From contig CAWKKD010000003.1 of assembly GCA_963850195.1 (NCBI GenBank), positions 109,307 to 173,306 of the forward strand: a DNA stretch of 64,000 nt, given 5' to 3'. The number at the start of each line of letters is the position of its first letter. Position 1 is the stretch's first letter. Of the stretch, positions 41,542-52,057 are shown piece by piece. Source of the DNA: an uncultured Actinomycetota bacterium (GTDB lineage Bacteria > Actinomycetota > Actinomycetes > Streptosporangiales > Streptosporangiaceae). The position numbers were made by a program, and so were the translations under genes. The notes under the pieces were generated by a model. The model saw only the letters and a list, made by a program, of their open reading frames with translations, was not told the DNA's origin and did no database searches.

Positions 41542-43014
41542 ATGAGCGATGTGCCCACCCCTGCCCGCGTCGTCGTCGTCGGCGGCGGGATCGCCGGGCT
41601 GACCGCCGCCTACCAGGCGGCCAAGAACGGAGCCTCCGTCACCCTCCTGGAGGGCGGTACGGACGTCGGCGGGAAGCTCAGGGTGAGCGAGATCGCCGGC
41701 CTGCCCGTCGACGAGGGCGCCGAGGCCATGCTCGCCCGCCGCCCGGAGGGCCTGGAGCTCGTACGCGAGCTCGGCCTGGGCGACCGGCTGGTCTTCCCCG
41801 GCACGACGTCGGCCGCGATCTGGAGCCGCGGCGCGCTGCACGACATGCCGACCGGGCACGTGCTGGGCGTGCCCGCCGACCTCGGCGCGCTGGCGCGTTC
41901 GCGCGTGCTGTCCGCGGCCGGGCTCGCCCGCGTGCCGCTCGACCTGGCGCTGCCCGCGACCCCGCGCGGCGAGGACGTGTCCGTGGCCGAGATGGTCGGG
42001 TCGCGCGTCGGCTCCGAGGTCGTGGACCGGCTGGTGGAGCCGCTGCTGGGCGGCGTGTACGCCGGGCGTACCGAGGAGCTGTCGTTCGAGGCGACCATGC
42101 CGGGGCTCGCCACCGCCTCCCGCACCCGGCGCTCCCTGATCACCGCCGCACGCGCGCTGCGCGACGCGGCGCCCGCCGACGCCGGGCCGGTGTTCACCAC
42201 CCTCACCGACGGCATGGGCGCGCTGCCGCAGGCGCTCGCCGCGCGGCTCACCGACCTCGGCGGCGTGGTCCGCACCGAGGCGATGGTCCGCGAGCTGCGG
42301 CGCACCCCGCAGGGCTGGCGGCTCACCATCGGCCCCACGCGTGCACCGGAATACCTCGACGCCGACGCCGTCATCCTCGCCGTGCCCGCACGGCCCGCGC
42401 AGCGGCTCCTGAGCGACGAGGTGCCGGCCGCCGCCGCCGAGCTCGGCCGCATCGACTACGCGAGCATGGCGATCGTCACCCTGGCCTACGCGGCCAGCGC
42501 CTTCCCCTCGCGGCTGCGGCGCAGCGGCTATCTCGTACCGGCCGTCGAGGGCGGCACCGTCAAGGCGGTCACGTTCAGCACCACCAAGTGGCCGCACCTG
42601 ACCGACGGGGCGCCCGGCATGGTGGTGGTGCGCTGCTCGATCGGCCGCCACGGCGACGAGCAGGCCCTCCAGCGGCCCGACGGAGAGCTGAGGGCCATCG
42701 CGATGACCGAGCTGGCCCGTACCGCGGGTGTCATCGAGCTTCCCGTCGACGCGCGGGTGACACGGTGGGGCGGCGGCCTCCCGCAGTACACGGTGGGCCA
42801 CCTCGACCGGATCGCGCGGATCCGCGCCGCCGTCGCCGGGCAGCCCGGCCTCGCGGTCTGCGGCGCCGCCTACGACGGCGTCGGCGTGCCCGCGTGCATC
42901 GGCACCGCCCGCGCCGCGGCGGCCCGGGTGCTGGGCACCCTCGAGGGTCAGGGAGAATCGAAGCGGAACGACCGGCCGGCGATCCGAGCCGATGACCGGC
43001 GGGTTCCACCATGA
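41542..43014 (+). CDS. hemY: HemY-type protoporphyrinogen/coproporphyrinogen III oxidase (FAD)
   Basis: VVVVGGGIAGLTAAY dinucleotide fold with full-length similarity. ATG at 41542. Confidence 0.9.
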   Translation: MSDVPTPARVVVVGGGIAGLTAAYQAAKNGASVTLLEGGTDVGGKLRVSEIAGLPVDEGAEAMLARRPEGLELVRELGLGDRLVFPGTTSAAIWSRGALHDMPTGHVLGVPADLGALARSRVLSAAGLARVPLDLALPATPRGEDVSVAEMVGSRVGSEVVDRLVEPLLGGVYAGRTEELSFEATMPGLATASRTRRSLITAARALRDAAPADAGPVFTTLTDGMGALPQALAARLTDLGGVVRTEAMVRELRRTPQGWRLTIGPTRAPEYLDADAVILAVPARPAQRLLSDEVPAAAAELGRIDYASMAIVTLAYAASAFPSRLRRSGYLVPAVEGGTVKAVTFSTTKWPHLTDGAPGMVVVRCSIGRHGDEQALQRPDGELRAIAMTELARTAGVIELPVDARVTRWGGGLPQYTVGHLDRIARIRAAVAGQPGLAVCGAAYDGVGVPACIGTARAAAARVLGTLEGQGESKRNDRPAIRADDRRVPP

Positions 43015-43032
43015 CGAGAAGGAGAGACGACC

Positions 43033-43737
43033 GTGAGCGGCGAAGCGGCGGACAAGCCAAAGGCACGTGACCTGAACCAGACGATCAGGTACACCATGTG
43101 GTCGGTCTTCCGGGTGCGAAGCCTCGCCGACGCCGATCGGGACGCGGTCGCCCGTGAGGTCGAGGACCTGCTGGAGCAGATGGCCGCCAAGGACGTCACG
43201 ACGCGCGGCGCCTACGACGTCGCGGGCCTGCGCGCCGACGCGGACTACATGTTCTGGTGGCACGCGGCGAGCTCGGACGACCTCCAGGAGATCTACGGCA
43301 GGTTCCGCCGTACGGCGCTCGGCCGTGCCTCCGAGCCGGTCTGGTCGGTCATGGCGCTGCACCGGCCCGCGGAGTTCAACAAGAGCCACATCCCGGCGTT
43401 CTTGGCCGATGAGGAGGAGCGCGGCTACATCTGCGTCTACCCCTTCATCCGGTCCTACGACTGGTATCTCCTGCCGGACGAGGAACGCCGCGCGATGCTC
43501 GCCGAGCACGGCAAGATGGCGCGCGGCTACCCGGACGTACGCGCCAACACGGTCTCCTCGTTCGCGCTAGGCGACTACGAGTGGATCCTGGCCTTCGAGG
43601 CCGACGAGCTCCACCGCATCGTCGACCTCATGCGCCACCTGCGCGCCTCCAAGGCCCGGCTGCACGTACGCGAAGAGGTGCCGTTCTACACCGGTAGCCG
43701 CAAACCGGTCACCGAGCTGGTCGCCGCTCTTCCGTAA
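43033..43737 (+). CDS. hemQ: Coproheme decarboxylase / HemQ (chlorite-dismutase family)
   Basis: YTMWSVFR...[15 protein letters not shown] family signature. Confidence 0.9.
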   Translation: MSGEAADKPKARDLNQTIRYTMWSVFRVRSLADADRDAVAREVEDLLEQMAAKDVTTRGAYDVAGLRADADYMFWWHAASSDDLQEIYGRFRRTALGRASEPVWSVMALHRPAEFNKSHIPAFLADEEERGYICVYPFIRSYDWYLLPDEERRAMLAEHGKMARGYPDVRANTVSSFALGDYEWILAFEADELHRIVDLMRHLRASKARLHVREEVPFYTGSRKPVTELVAALP

Positions 43738-43861
43738 GAGGGTCAAGACTCGGTCATCGTCGTCGTGTCGCCCGGCGGAATCCAGCAGGATCCGATCGGG
43801 AGCCGGGGCCGGACCGCGCATGCGGTGAGCTCTCCACGTGAACCACGGCCGAAGGAGCATC

Positions 43862-44401
43862 GTGGTTGTGGCACGGCGTCGTAAGGGCCGTCACGCGCGC
43901 GTCGGCGGCGTGCCCGGCTCACTGGCAGCGGTGGCCGCCTCGCGCCCGGCGTGGATCGCGCTCGGCGGCGCCGCCGGTCTCGGGCTCGTGGCGACGGCGG
44001 CCTACCTCGTACCCGGGGACCGCCGCCCGTCCAAGGTGGTCGTGACGGCGGTACCCGCGTTGCGCCGGCCGGAGCCCCCGGCCCTGACGCCGGCCAAGCC
44101 CGCGAAGGGCTCGGGCGACGAGGCCGCCCTCGCGTACTACCAGGTCAAAGACCAGGCGGACGCCGCGCACGTGAGCAAGATCCTCTGGACCGGCCCGATG
44201 CTGCGCGTCTACACCGACCTGCCCGGCTCCGACGGCGACTCCAAGACCGCCATCGCGCTGTGCGAGACCGCCGCGGCCTACCTCGAGGGCCGAGGGCAGA
44301 CCCCGGTGGTCTTCGTGCACGCCGGCCGCGCCGCCGGCTACCCCGTACTGGCCAACAAGATGGACGCCCAGGACGACTGCCGGCTCAACCGCGTGCCGTG
44401 A
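43862..44401 (+). CDS. Hypothetical membrane-anchored protein
   Basis: GTG at 43862, 5 nt after GAAGGAG. One TM segment (WIALGGAAGLGLVATAAYLV). High GC3. Confidence 0.6.
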   Translation: MVVARRRKGRHARVGGVPGSLAAVAASRPAWIALGGAAGLGLVATAAYLVPGDRRPSKVVVTAVPALRRPEPPALTPAKPAKGSGDEAALAYYQVKDQADAAHVSKILWTGPMLRVYTDLPGSDGDSKTAIALCETAAAYLEGRGQTPVVFVHAGRAAGYPVLANKMDAQDDCRLNRVP

Positions 44402-44426
44402 CCTGGCCTACCAGGTCCAGACGCCC

Positions 44427-44834
44427 CTACGCGTCGTCTTCGGTCTCGTGCTGCAGGCTGACGGAGTTGATGCAGTAGCGCTGGTCCGTGGGGGTGGAGT
44501 AGCCCTCGCCCTCGAAGACGTGCCCGAGGTGGGAGTCGCAGCTCGCGCAGCGGACCTCGGTGCGGACCATGCCCAGCGAGGTGTCCTGGAGGAGGACCAC
44601 CGCGTCCGAGCCGGTCGGCTGGTAGAAGCTCGGCCATCCGCAGTGGGAGTCGAACTTGGTGTCCGAACGGAACAGCTCCGCGTCGCAGGCCCGGCACCGG
44701 TAGACGCCGACGGTCTTGGTGGCGACGTACTTGCCACTCCAGGGGGCTTCGGTGCCCGCTTCGCGAAGCACGTGGTACTCCGCAGGAGACAGCTGGGCCT
44801 TCCACTCGTCGTCGCTCTTGCGAATCATGGTCAT
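44427..44834 (-). CDS. msrB: Peptide-methionine (R)-S-oxide reductase
   Basis: CRAC...CASC zinc cysteines, GWPSF and RYCINS motifs. Start at MTMIRK. Confidence 0.92.
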   Translation of the reverse strand: MTMIRKSDDEWKAQLSPAEYHVLREAGTEAPWSGKYVATKTVGVYRCRACDAELFRSDTKFDSHCGWPSFYQPTGSDAVVLLQDTSLGMVRTEVRCASCDSHLGHVFEGEGYSTPTDQRYCINSVSLQHETEDDA

Positions 44835-44913
44835 GCCCAAGACAACCACGACGTGGCGGTCCGTCATCCCGCCGCAGGTGATCGTGTCGGTGCGGGGGAG
44901 TAGCGTTCCCACC

Positions 44914-45963
44914 ATGGCGTCCCCATACGTGGAGGTCCGAGTAGGCGACCGCGTTGTCAAGGTCACCAACCCGGACAAGATTTATTTTCCGGCCCGGCAG
45001 GAGACCAAGCTCGATCTGGTCAACTATTACCTGGCCGTCGGCGACGGCGTCGTACGCGCGCTCAGGGACCGTCCCACCACGCTCGAGCGGTGGCCGGGCG
45101 GCGTCTTCGAGGGCGCGAAGCTGTCGACCCGCATGGACAACCGCGGTGACGCCTTCTTCCAGAAGCGCGTCCCGAAGAACATCCCCGACTGGATCGAGAC
45201 CGCGCGGATCGCCTTTCCCAGCGGCCGCCACGCCGACGAGATGTGCCCGTCCGAGCCGGCCGCCGTCGCCTGGGGCGCCAACCTCGGCACCCTGACCTTC
45301 CACCCCTGGCCGGTACGCCGCTCCGACGTCGACCACCCCGACGAGCTGCGCATCGACCTCGATCCGCAGCCGGGCACCGACTTCGCCGACGCGAAGAAGG
45401 TCGCACTCGGGGCGGTCCACGAGATCCTCGGCGAGCTCGGCTACACCGGCTTCCCGAAGACCTCGGGCAACCGCGGCGTGCACGTCTACGTACGGGTCGA
45501 GCCGCGCTGGACCTTCACCGAGGTACGCCGCTGCGCGCTGGCCCTCGGGCGCGAGGTCGAGCGGCGGATGCCCGACCTGGTCACCACCAACTGGTGGAAG
45601 GAGGAGCGCGGCGAGAAGATCTTCGTCGACTTCAACCAGAACGCCCGCGACCGTACGATCGCGTCGGCCTACAGCGTCCGTCCGAAGGCGCACGCGCCGG
45701 TCTCGGCGCCCGTGACCTGGGACGAGCTGCCCGACGTCGAGACCGACGACTTCACGATCGCGACCATGCCGGAGCGCTTCGCGCGGCTCGGCGACCTGCA
45801 CGCCGCAATCGATGACCAGGCGTTCTCCCTCGAGCCGCTGCTGGAGTGGGCCGAGCGCGACGAGCGCGACCGCGGCCTGGGCGACATGCCCTACCCGCCC
45901 AACTATCCGAAGATGGAGGGCGAGCCCAAGCGCGTGCAGCCCAGCAAGGCCCGCAAGGACTGA
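44914..45963 (+). CDS. LigD-type primase-polymerase (AEP) domain protein (Prim-PolC/LigD-Pol-like)
   Basis: IDLDP metal motif, SGNRGVHVY and FHPWP motifs. ATG at 44914. Confidence 0.88.
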   Translation: MASPYVEVRVGDRVVKVTNPDKIYFPARQETKLDLVNYYLAVGDGVVRALRDRPTTLERWPGGVFEGAKLSTRMDNRGDAFFQKRVPKNIPDWIETARIAFPSGRHADEMCPSEPAAVAWGANLGTLTFHPWPVRRSDVDHPDELRIDLDPQPGTDFADAKKVALGAVHEILGELGYTGFPKTSGNRGVHVYVRVEPRWTFTEVRRCALALGREVERRMPDLVTTNWWKEERGEKIFVDFNQNARDRTIASAYSVRPKAHAPVSAPVTWDELPDVETDDFTIATMPERFARLGDLHAAIDDQAFSLEPLLEWAERDERDRGLGDMPYPPNYPKMEGEPKRVQPSKARKD

Positions 45964-45973
45964 GCCGGGGCGG

Positions 45974-47032
45974 TCAGCCGAGGATGTCGTCGAGGTCGTA
46001 GGCGACCGGCACCTCGAGCTGGTCGTAGCCGCAGGAGGCCGCATCGCGGTCCGGACGCCAGCGGCGGAACCGCGCCGTGTGCCGGAACCTCCGGCCCTCC
46101 ATCTGGTCGTAGGCGACCTCGACGACGAGCTCGGGCCGCAGCGCCACCCAGGAAAGGTCCTTCTTGGCGTTCCAGCGGCTGACCGCGCCGGGCATCCGGT
46201 CGGCGGTCGCCTCGGTCTGCTCGGCCCACCCCGACCACGGGTGCCCGGCCAGGTCCTTCATCCGGTACGGCGCCAGCTCGTCCACCAGCTCGACGCGGCG
46301 CTTCATCGGGAACGACGCGGACACGCCGACGTGCTGGAGCCGGTCGCCCTCGTACAGGCCGAGCAGCAGCGATCCGACGATCGGGCCGGACTTGTGCCAG
46401 CGGAAGCCGGCCACGACGCAGTCGGCGGTGCGCTCCGGCTTGACCTTGAACATCGCGCGCTTGTCGGGCTGGTACTCGCCGGCCAGGGGCTTGGCCATCA
46501 CGCCGTCGAGCCCGGCGCCCTCGAACTCCTCGAACCACCGGAGGCCGACGTCGTAGGAGTCGGTGGCCGGGGTGATGTGGACCGGCGGGCCGGCCTTGGC
46601 CAGCGCCGTGGTCAGCCGGGCGCGCCGCTCGCCGAAGGGCGCCGCCATCAGGGACTCGGACCCGATGGCGAGCAGGTCGAAGGCGACGAACGCCGCGGGG
46701 GTCTGCTCGGCCAGCAGCTTGATGCGGGACGCGGCCGGGTGGATGCGCTGCTGGAGCGCCTCGAAGTCCAGTACGGACCCGCCGCGTACGACGATCTCGC
46801 CGTCCAGGACGCAGCGTTCGGGCAGCTCGCGGAGGAACCCCTCGACCAGCTCGGGGAAGTACCGGCCGAGCGGCTTGCCGTTGCGGCCGTAGATCTCCAC
46901 CTCGTCGCCGTCGCGGAAGACGACCGACCGGAACCCGTCCCACTTGGGCTCGTACAGCAGATCTCCGCGCGGCAGCTCCTTGACGGCCTTGGCGAGCATC
47001 GGGGCCAGCGGCGGGCTCACGGGGAGATCCAT
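45974..47032 (-). CDS. ligC: ATP-dependent DNA ligase (stand-alone LigC-type)
   Basis: Motif I EPKWDGFR. 352 aa, covering adenylation and OB domains only. Confidence 0.88.
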   Translation of the reverse strand: MDLPVSPPLAPMLAKAVKELPRGDLLYEPKWDGFRSVVFRDGDEVEIYGRNGKPLGRYFPELVEGFLRELPERCVLDGEIVVRGGSVLDFEALQQRIHPAASRIKLLAEQTPAAFVAFDLLAIGSESLMAAPFGERRARLTTALAKAGPPVHITPATDSYDVGLRWFEEFEGAGLDGVMAKPLAGEYQPDKRAMFKVKPERTADCVVAGFRWHKSGPIVGSLLLGLYEGDRLQHVGVSASFPMKRRVELVDELAPYRMKDLAGHPWSGWAEQTEATADRMPGAVSRWNAKKDLSWVALRPELVVEVAYDQMEGRRFRHTARFRRWRPDRDAASCGYDQLEVPVAYDLDDILG

Positions 47033-47036
47033 GAGC

Positions 47037-47762
47037 TCATCTCCTTACATAGCGGAGGAAGAGGAATCCCTCGTCCTCGAGTACGTGGCCGAGCCGCAGC
47101 GGGACCGGACCGGTGACCGGACCGTCGAGGATCCGGGGTGCGAACCCGGCGGTGAGCATGGGACTCACCGTCAGGCACAGCTCGTCGACGCGGTCGGCCT
47201 CGACGAGCTGGGCGAGCAGCCTCGGGCCGCCCTCGGTGAGCTGGCGCGTGAGCCCGCGGTCGGCGAGGGCGTCCATCGCTGCCCCGACGTCCACGGACTG
47301 CTCTCCGGTGACGATCACTTCGGCGTGCTTCCCACAGGTCTTCAGCCGCTCCTCCGGAGCGGTTCCGCAGGTGATGACGATGGTACGGCTGACCGGCTCC
47401 GTGAACAGTGGTGCGTCGAAGTCGAAGTCGAGCGTGCGGGAGATGACCGCGATCGGCGGCGTCGGCGGGCGTCCCCTCCGTAGCCCTTTCCACGCTTCGC
47501 GGGGGAACACCGGGCCGTACCCCTCGGCGCGGACCGTACCGGCGCCGGCCACCACGACGTCGGACAGGCCGCGCAGCAGCGACAGCAGCCGCCGGTCGGC
47601 CGCGCCGCCGAGGCCCCCGGCGCGGCCCTCGTGGGTCGCCGCTCCGTCGGCCGAGGCCACCATGTTGGCGCGCATCCAGGGAGTCGTATCCGGGTAGGCG
47701 TACGCCTCCGCGAGAGCGGAGAGGTCGTACTGGTCGGAGCCCGTCGGTTCGAGTCGCAACAT
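47037..47762 (-). CDS. RibD C-terminal domain / pyrimidine-reductase-family protein
   Basis: MVASADGAAT...DRRLLSLLRGLSDVVVAGAGTVRAEGY pattern. It ends 4 nt before the ligC start. Confidence 0.8.
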   Translation of the reverse strand: MLRLEPTGSDQYDLSALAEAYAYPDTTPWMRANMVASADGAATHEGRAGGLGGAADRRLLSLLRGLSDVVVAGAGTVRAEGYGPVFPREAWKGLRRGRPPTPPIAVISRTLDFDFDAPLFTEPVSRTIVITCGTAPEERLKTCGKHAEVIVTGEQSVDVGAAMDALADRGLTRQLTEGGPRLLAQLVEADRVDELCLTVSPMLTAGFAPRILDGPVTGPVPLRLGHVLEDEGFLFLRYVRR

Positions 47763-47884
47763 GACATCCAGGGTGGCACAGCGCTTCGTCACGTCTTGCG
47801 ACCGGATCAGTGCGTTCGGCTTATCAAATCCTGGTTTTCCGGGAAGACTGGTCAGCAGAGCACGAATTCGGGAGAGGAAGACGT

Positions 47885-48281
47885 GTGGAGATCGCCGCAT
47901 TAGTCGCGTGGATCCTGACCACCGGAGGCGGGCTCTACCTCCTCCGAGGCTGGCTCTCCACTGGAGGGCCGTGGCGCCAGAGCACGAAGGTCACGCGGTT
48001 CCCGGCGGCGGTCGTGCTCGGCCACCCCACCCTCGCGGTCATGGCGCTCGGGATCTGGGTGATCTTCCTGGTCACCGCGCGGACCGTCTACGCGTGGAGT
48101 GCCCTCGGCGGCCTCGTCCTGGTGGCCCTGCTGGGGTTCGTCCTGTTCACCCGGTGGCTCACCGGCGAGGGCGGCAAGCACGCGCGCGGCGCCGAGCGGG
48201 GCGTTCCCGGCGTCGCGGTGGCCGCTCACGGCGTGGTGGCGATCCTGACCTTCGTGCTGGTGCTGCTCACCGTCATCGAGG

Positions 48282-48295
<14 letters not shown>
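47885..48295 (+). CDS. Small integral membrane protein (4 TM segments)
   Basis: GTG at 47885 after GGGAGAGGAAG. Four hydrophobic segments. It overlaps the glgX 3' end by 14 nt (convergent). Confidence 0.6.
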
Positions 48296-50390
<2,095 letters not shown>

Positions 50391-50555
50391 CGCTCTCCTC
50401 GGCATCCGTGGACACGACCCCGTTGATTGTTCACGCACCCGGTGGGTTAGGCGAATGCCCCGGCCGGAGCGTCTTGTATACCCGATGGCGCGTCCCGGCG
50501 TCGGCACACGCCTCGGCCGGTCACACCATCACCGGAGAACGAGACGCTCGCGGAT

Positions 50556-50708
50556 TCACGGGCTCAGGCCGTGCTCGAACCTCGCCTGCCTTTCATAGCG
50601 CTTTCGTTCCAGTTCCGTGAGGTCCTCCGCGAGGCAGATGATCAAGGCGCCGTCCTCCACCCACCAGCAGGCGGAGACGCCACCCTCCGCGGGGATGGTG
50701 CGGACCAT
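50556..50708 (-). CDS. Unannotated 50-aa ORF translationally coupled to the P450. Function unknown.
   Basis: The ATG is 5 nt after the P450 TGA (TGAtcacgATG). Sequence MVRTIPAEGGVSACWWVEDGALIICLAEDLTELERKRYERQARFEHGLSP. 44 of 50 codons end in G or C. Below the track cutoff. Confidence 0.5.
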   Translation of the reverse strand: MVRTIPAEGGVSACWWVEDGALIICLAEDLTELERKRYERQARFEHGLSP

Positions 50709-50713
50709 CGTGA

Positions 50714-51913
50714 TCACCGGTCACGCCAGGTCACGGGGAGGGCTTCGACGCCACGGATGAGCATCCCCTTCTTCCAGACGATGTCCTCTTCGGCGACGGC
50801 GATGCGGAGGGCCGGGAGACGGCGCAGCAGGGCCGCGATGGCCTCCTCGAGTTCCGCACGCGCGAGCAGGGCGCCGACACAGTGGTGAGCGCCCCATCCG
50901 AAGCCGAGGTGGGGCGCCGGCTTCTCGCGGGTGAAGCTGATCGTCTCCGGGTCGTCGTAGACGAGCGGGTCACGGTTCGCCGTCGGACGGGCGATGAAGA
51001 CCGTGGCGCCCTCCTCGATCGCGGTGCCGCCGACGTTGACGCCGGTGGTCGCGATCCGTGGCAGGCCGAGATCCGACGCGAGCGGCACGTAGCGCATGAG
51101 CTCTTCGACGGCGGCGGGCACCGACTCGGGGTGCTCCCGTAGCCATCGCCACAGCTCCGGGCGGGTCAACAGGGTGTAGAGGATGTTCGTGAGCTGGCTG
51201 GCGGTGGTCTCGTACCCGGCCACGAAGGTGCCCAGCGCGAGGTTCGTGAGCTCGTCCTCGGTGAGCCCGTGGTCGACGTCGGTGACCCGGACGAGGTCAC
51301 CGAGCAGGTCGTCGCTCGGGTCGCGCCGCCGCTGCCCGATGAGCTCCCGGATGTAGCCGCGAAGGCCGGCGAGCGCGTCGGCGACCTCTTCCGGGCTGAA
51401 CGCCCCGGATGACAGGAACGCGTCTCCCCAGTGCCGGAACCTCATCCGGTCGCCCTGCGGTACGCCGAGCAGTTCGCAGATCACCGTGACCGGCAGCGGC
51501 AGCGCCACATGCGTGACGAAATCCGCGACGGGACCGTCTTGGGTGAGCTCGTCCAGGCACGCGTCGGTGATCCGGCGGATCCGGCCGCGCAGGCCCTCCA
51601 TCGCGCGGGGAGTGAAGAACCCGGTGACGAGCCTGCGCTGACGCTGATGATCCGCGCCATCCATATCGGACAGTAGCCCGGTCGGCCGGAGAGAAAGCGT
51701 ATTGCGCTCCTCGGCCCCTTCCCGGCTGAATTGCTCGGGGCGGGATAGTACGTACCGGGCGTCGTGGTAGCGGGTTATCAGCCAAGCGGGAGCGCCGTTG
51801 TAGTCGATCCTGGCCACGGGATCGTGTTCCTGCAGCTGAGCGAAGATCGGGGCGAGCCCGAGTGGATGGGGCGGCGGTGCGGCCGGGAATCGCGGAAGGG
51901 TGAATGTCGTCAT
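50714..51913 (-). CDS. Cytochrome P450 (CYP105/107-like soluble bacterial type)
   Basis: Heme loop FGWGAHHCVG, I-helix AGYETT, EELMR (ExxR). Confidence 0.92.
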   Translation of the reverse strand: MTTFTLPRFPAAPPPHPLGLAPIFAQLQEHDPVARIDYNGAPAWLITRYHDARYVLSRPEQFSREGAEERNTLSLRPTGLLSDMDGADHQRQRRLVTGFFTPRAMEGLRGRIRRITDACLDELTQDGPVADFVTHVALPLPVTVICELLGVPQGDRMRFRHWGDAFLSSGAFSPEEVADALAGLRGYIRELIGQRRRDPSDDLLGDLVRVTDVDHGLTEDELTNLALGTFVAGYETTASQLTNILYTLLTRPELWRWLREHPESVPAAVEELMRYVPLASDLGLPRIATTGVNVGGTAIEEGATVFIARPTANRDPLVYDDPETISFTREKPAPHLGFGWGAHHCVGALLARAELEEAIAALLRRLPALRIAVAEEDIVWKKGMLIRGVEALPVTWRDR

Positions 51914-51966
51914 TTAGGGGCGTCCTAAACGGATAGGGGAGTTCTTGTCGGTACGCGATCTGGGAC

Positions 51967-51996
51967 GCTATACGGCCGTGATCATTTTTCTGTCAA
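51967..51996 (-). promoter_or_regulatory. Candidate sigma70-type promoter for the P450 (-35 TTGACA, 18-nt spacer, -10 TATAGC)
   Basis: Read on the minus strand. The -10 lacks the final T, so this is weak evidence. Confidence 0.3.
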
Positions 51997-51999
51997 AAC

Positions 52000-52035
52000 C
52001 TCGTCACAGGCCACCGGGGTCTGGCCGGAGACGAG
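52000..52035. promoter_or_regulatory. Composite nested palindrome CTCGTC-aca-GGCCA-ccggggtc-TGGCC-gga-GACGAG between the P450 -35 and the SARP start
   Basis: Read directly. Outer 6-bp and inner 5-bp arms are both perfect. Confidence 0.35.
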
Positions 52036-52057
52036 TGGAAGGCTGAGGGGACCGCCG

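Noticed and set aside
41470-43509. 679-aa minus ORF over hemY and hemQ. Similar long shadows occur at 919-2433, 25335-27098, 39577-41442, 48423-50426 and 59885-61687.
   Set aside because: Each overlaps a motif-supported gene on the other strand or frame. None shows a recognisable domain. I treated all of them as high-GC shadow ORFs.
50556-50708. Idea that the small ORF after the P450 is its ferredoxin
   Set aside because: It has only two Cys (C14 and C25) and no CxxCxxC...CP or 3Fe-4S pattern. I kept it as an unknown small ORF instead.
51968-51985. Five-codon mini-ORF ATG ATC ACG GCC GTA TAG (MITAV) upstream of the P450, considered as a biarylitide-style pentapeptide precursor
   Set aside because: It contains no aromatic or His residues of the kind crosslinked in known P450 pentapeptide systems. 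It has no RBS. It also lies inside the spacer of the predicted P450 promoter, so it would probably not be transcribed with the P450.
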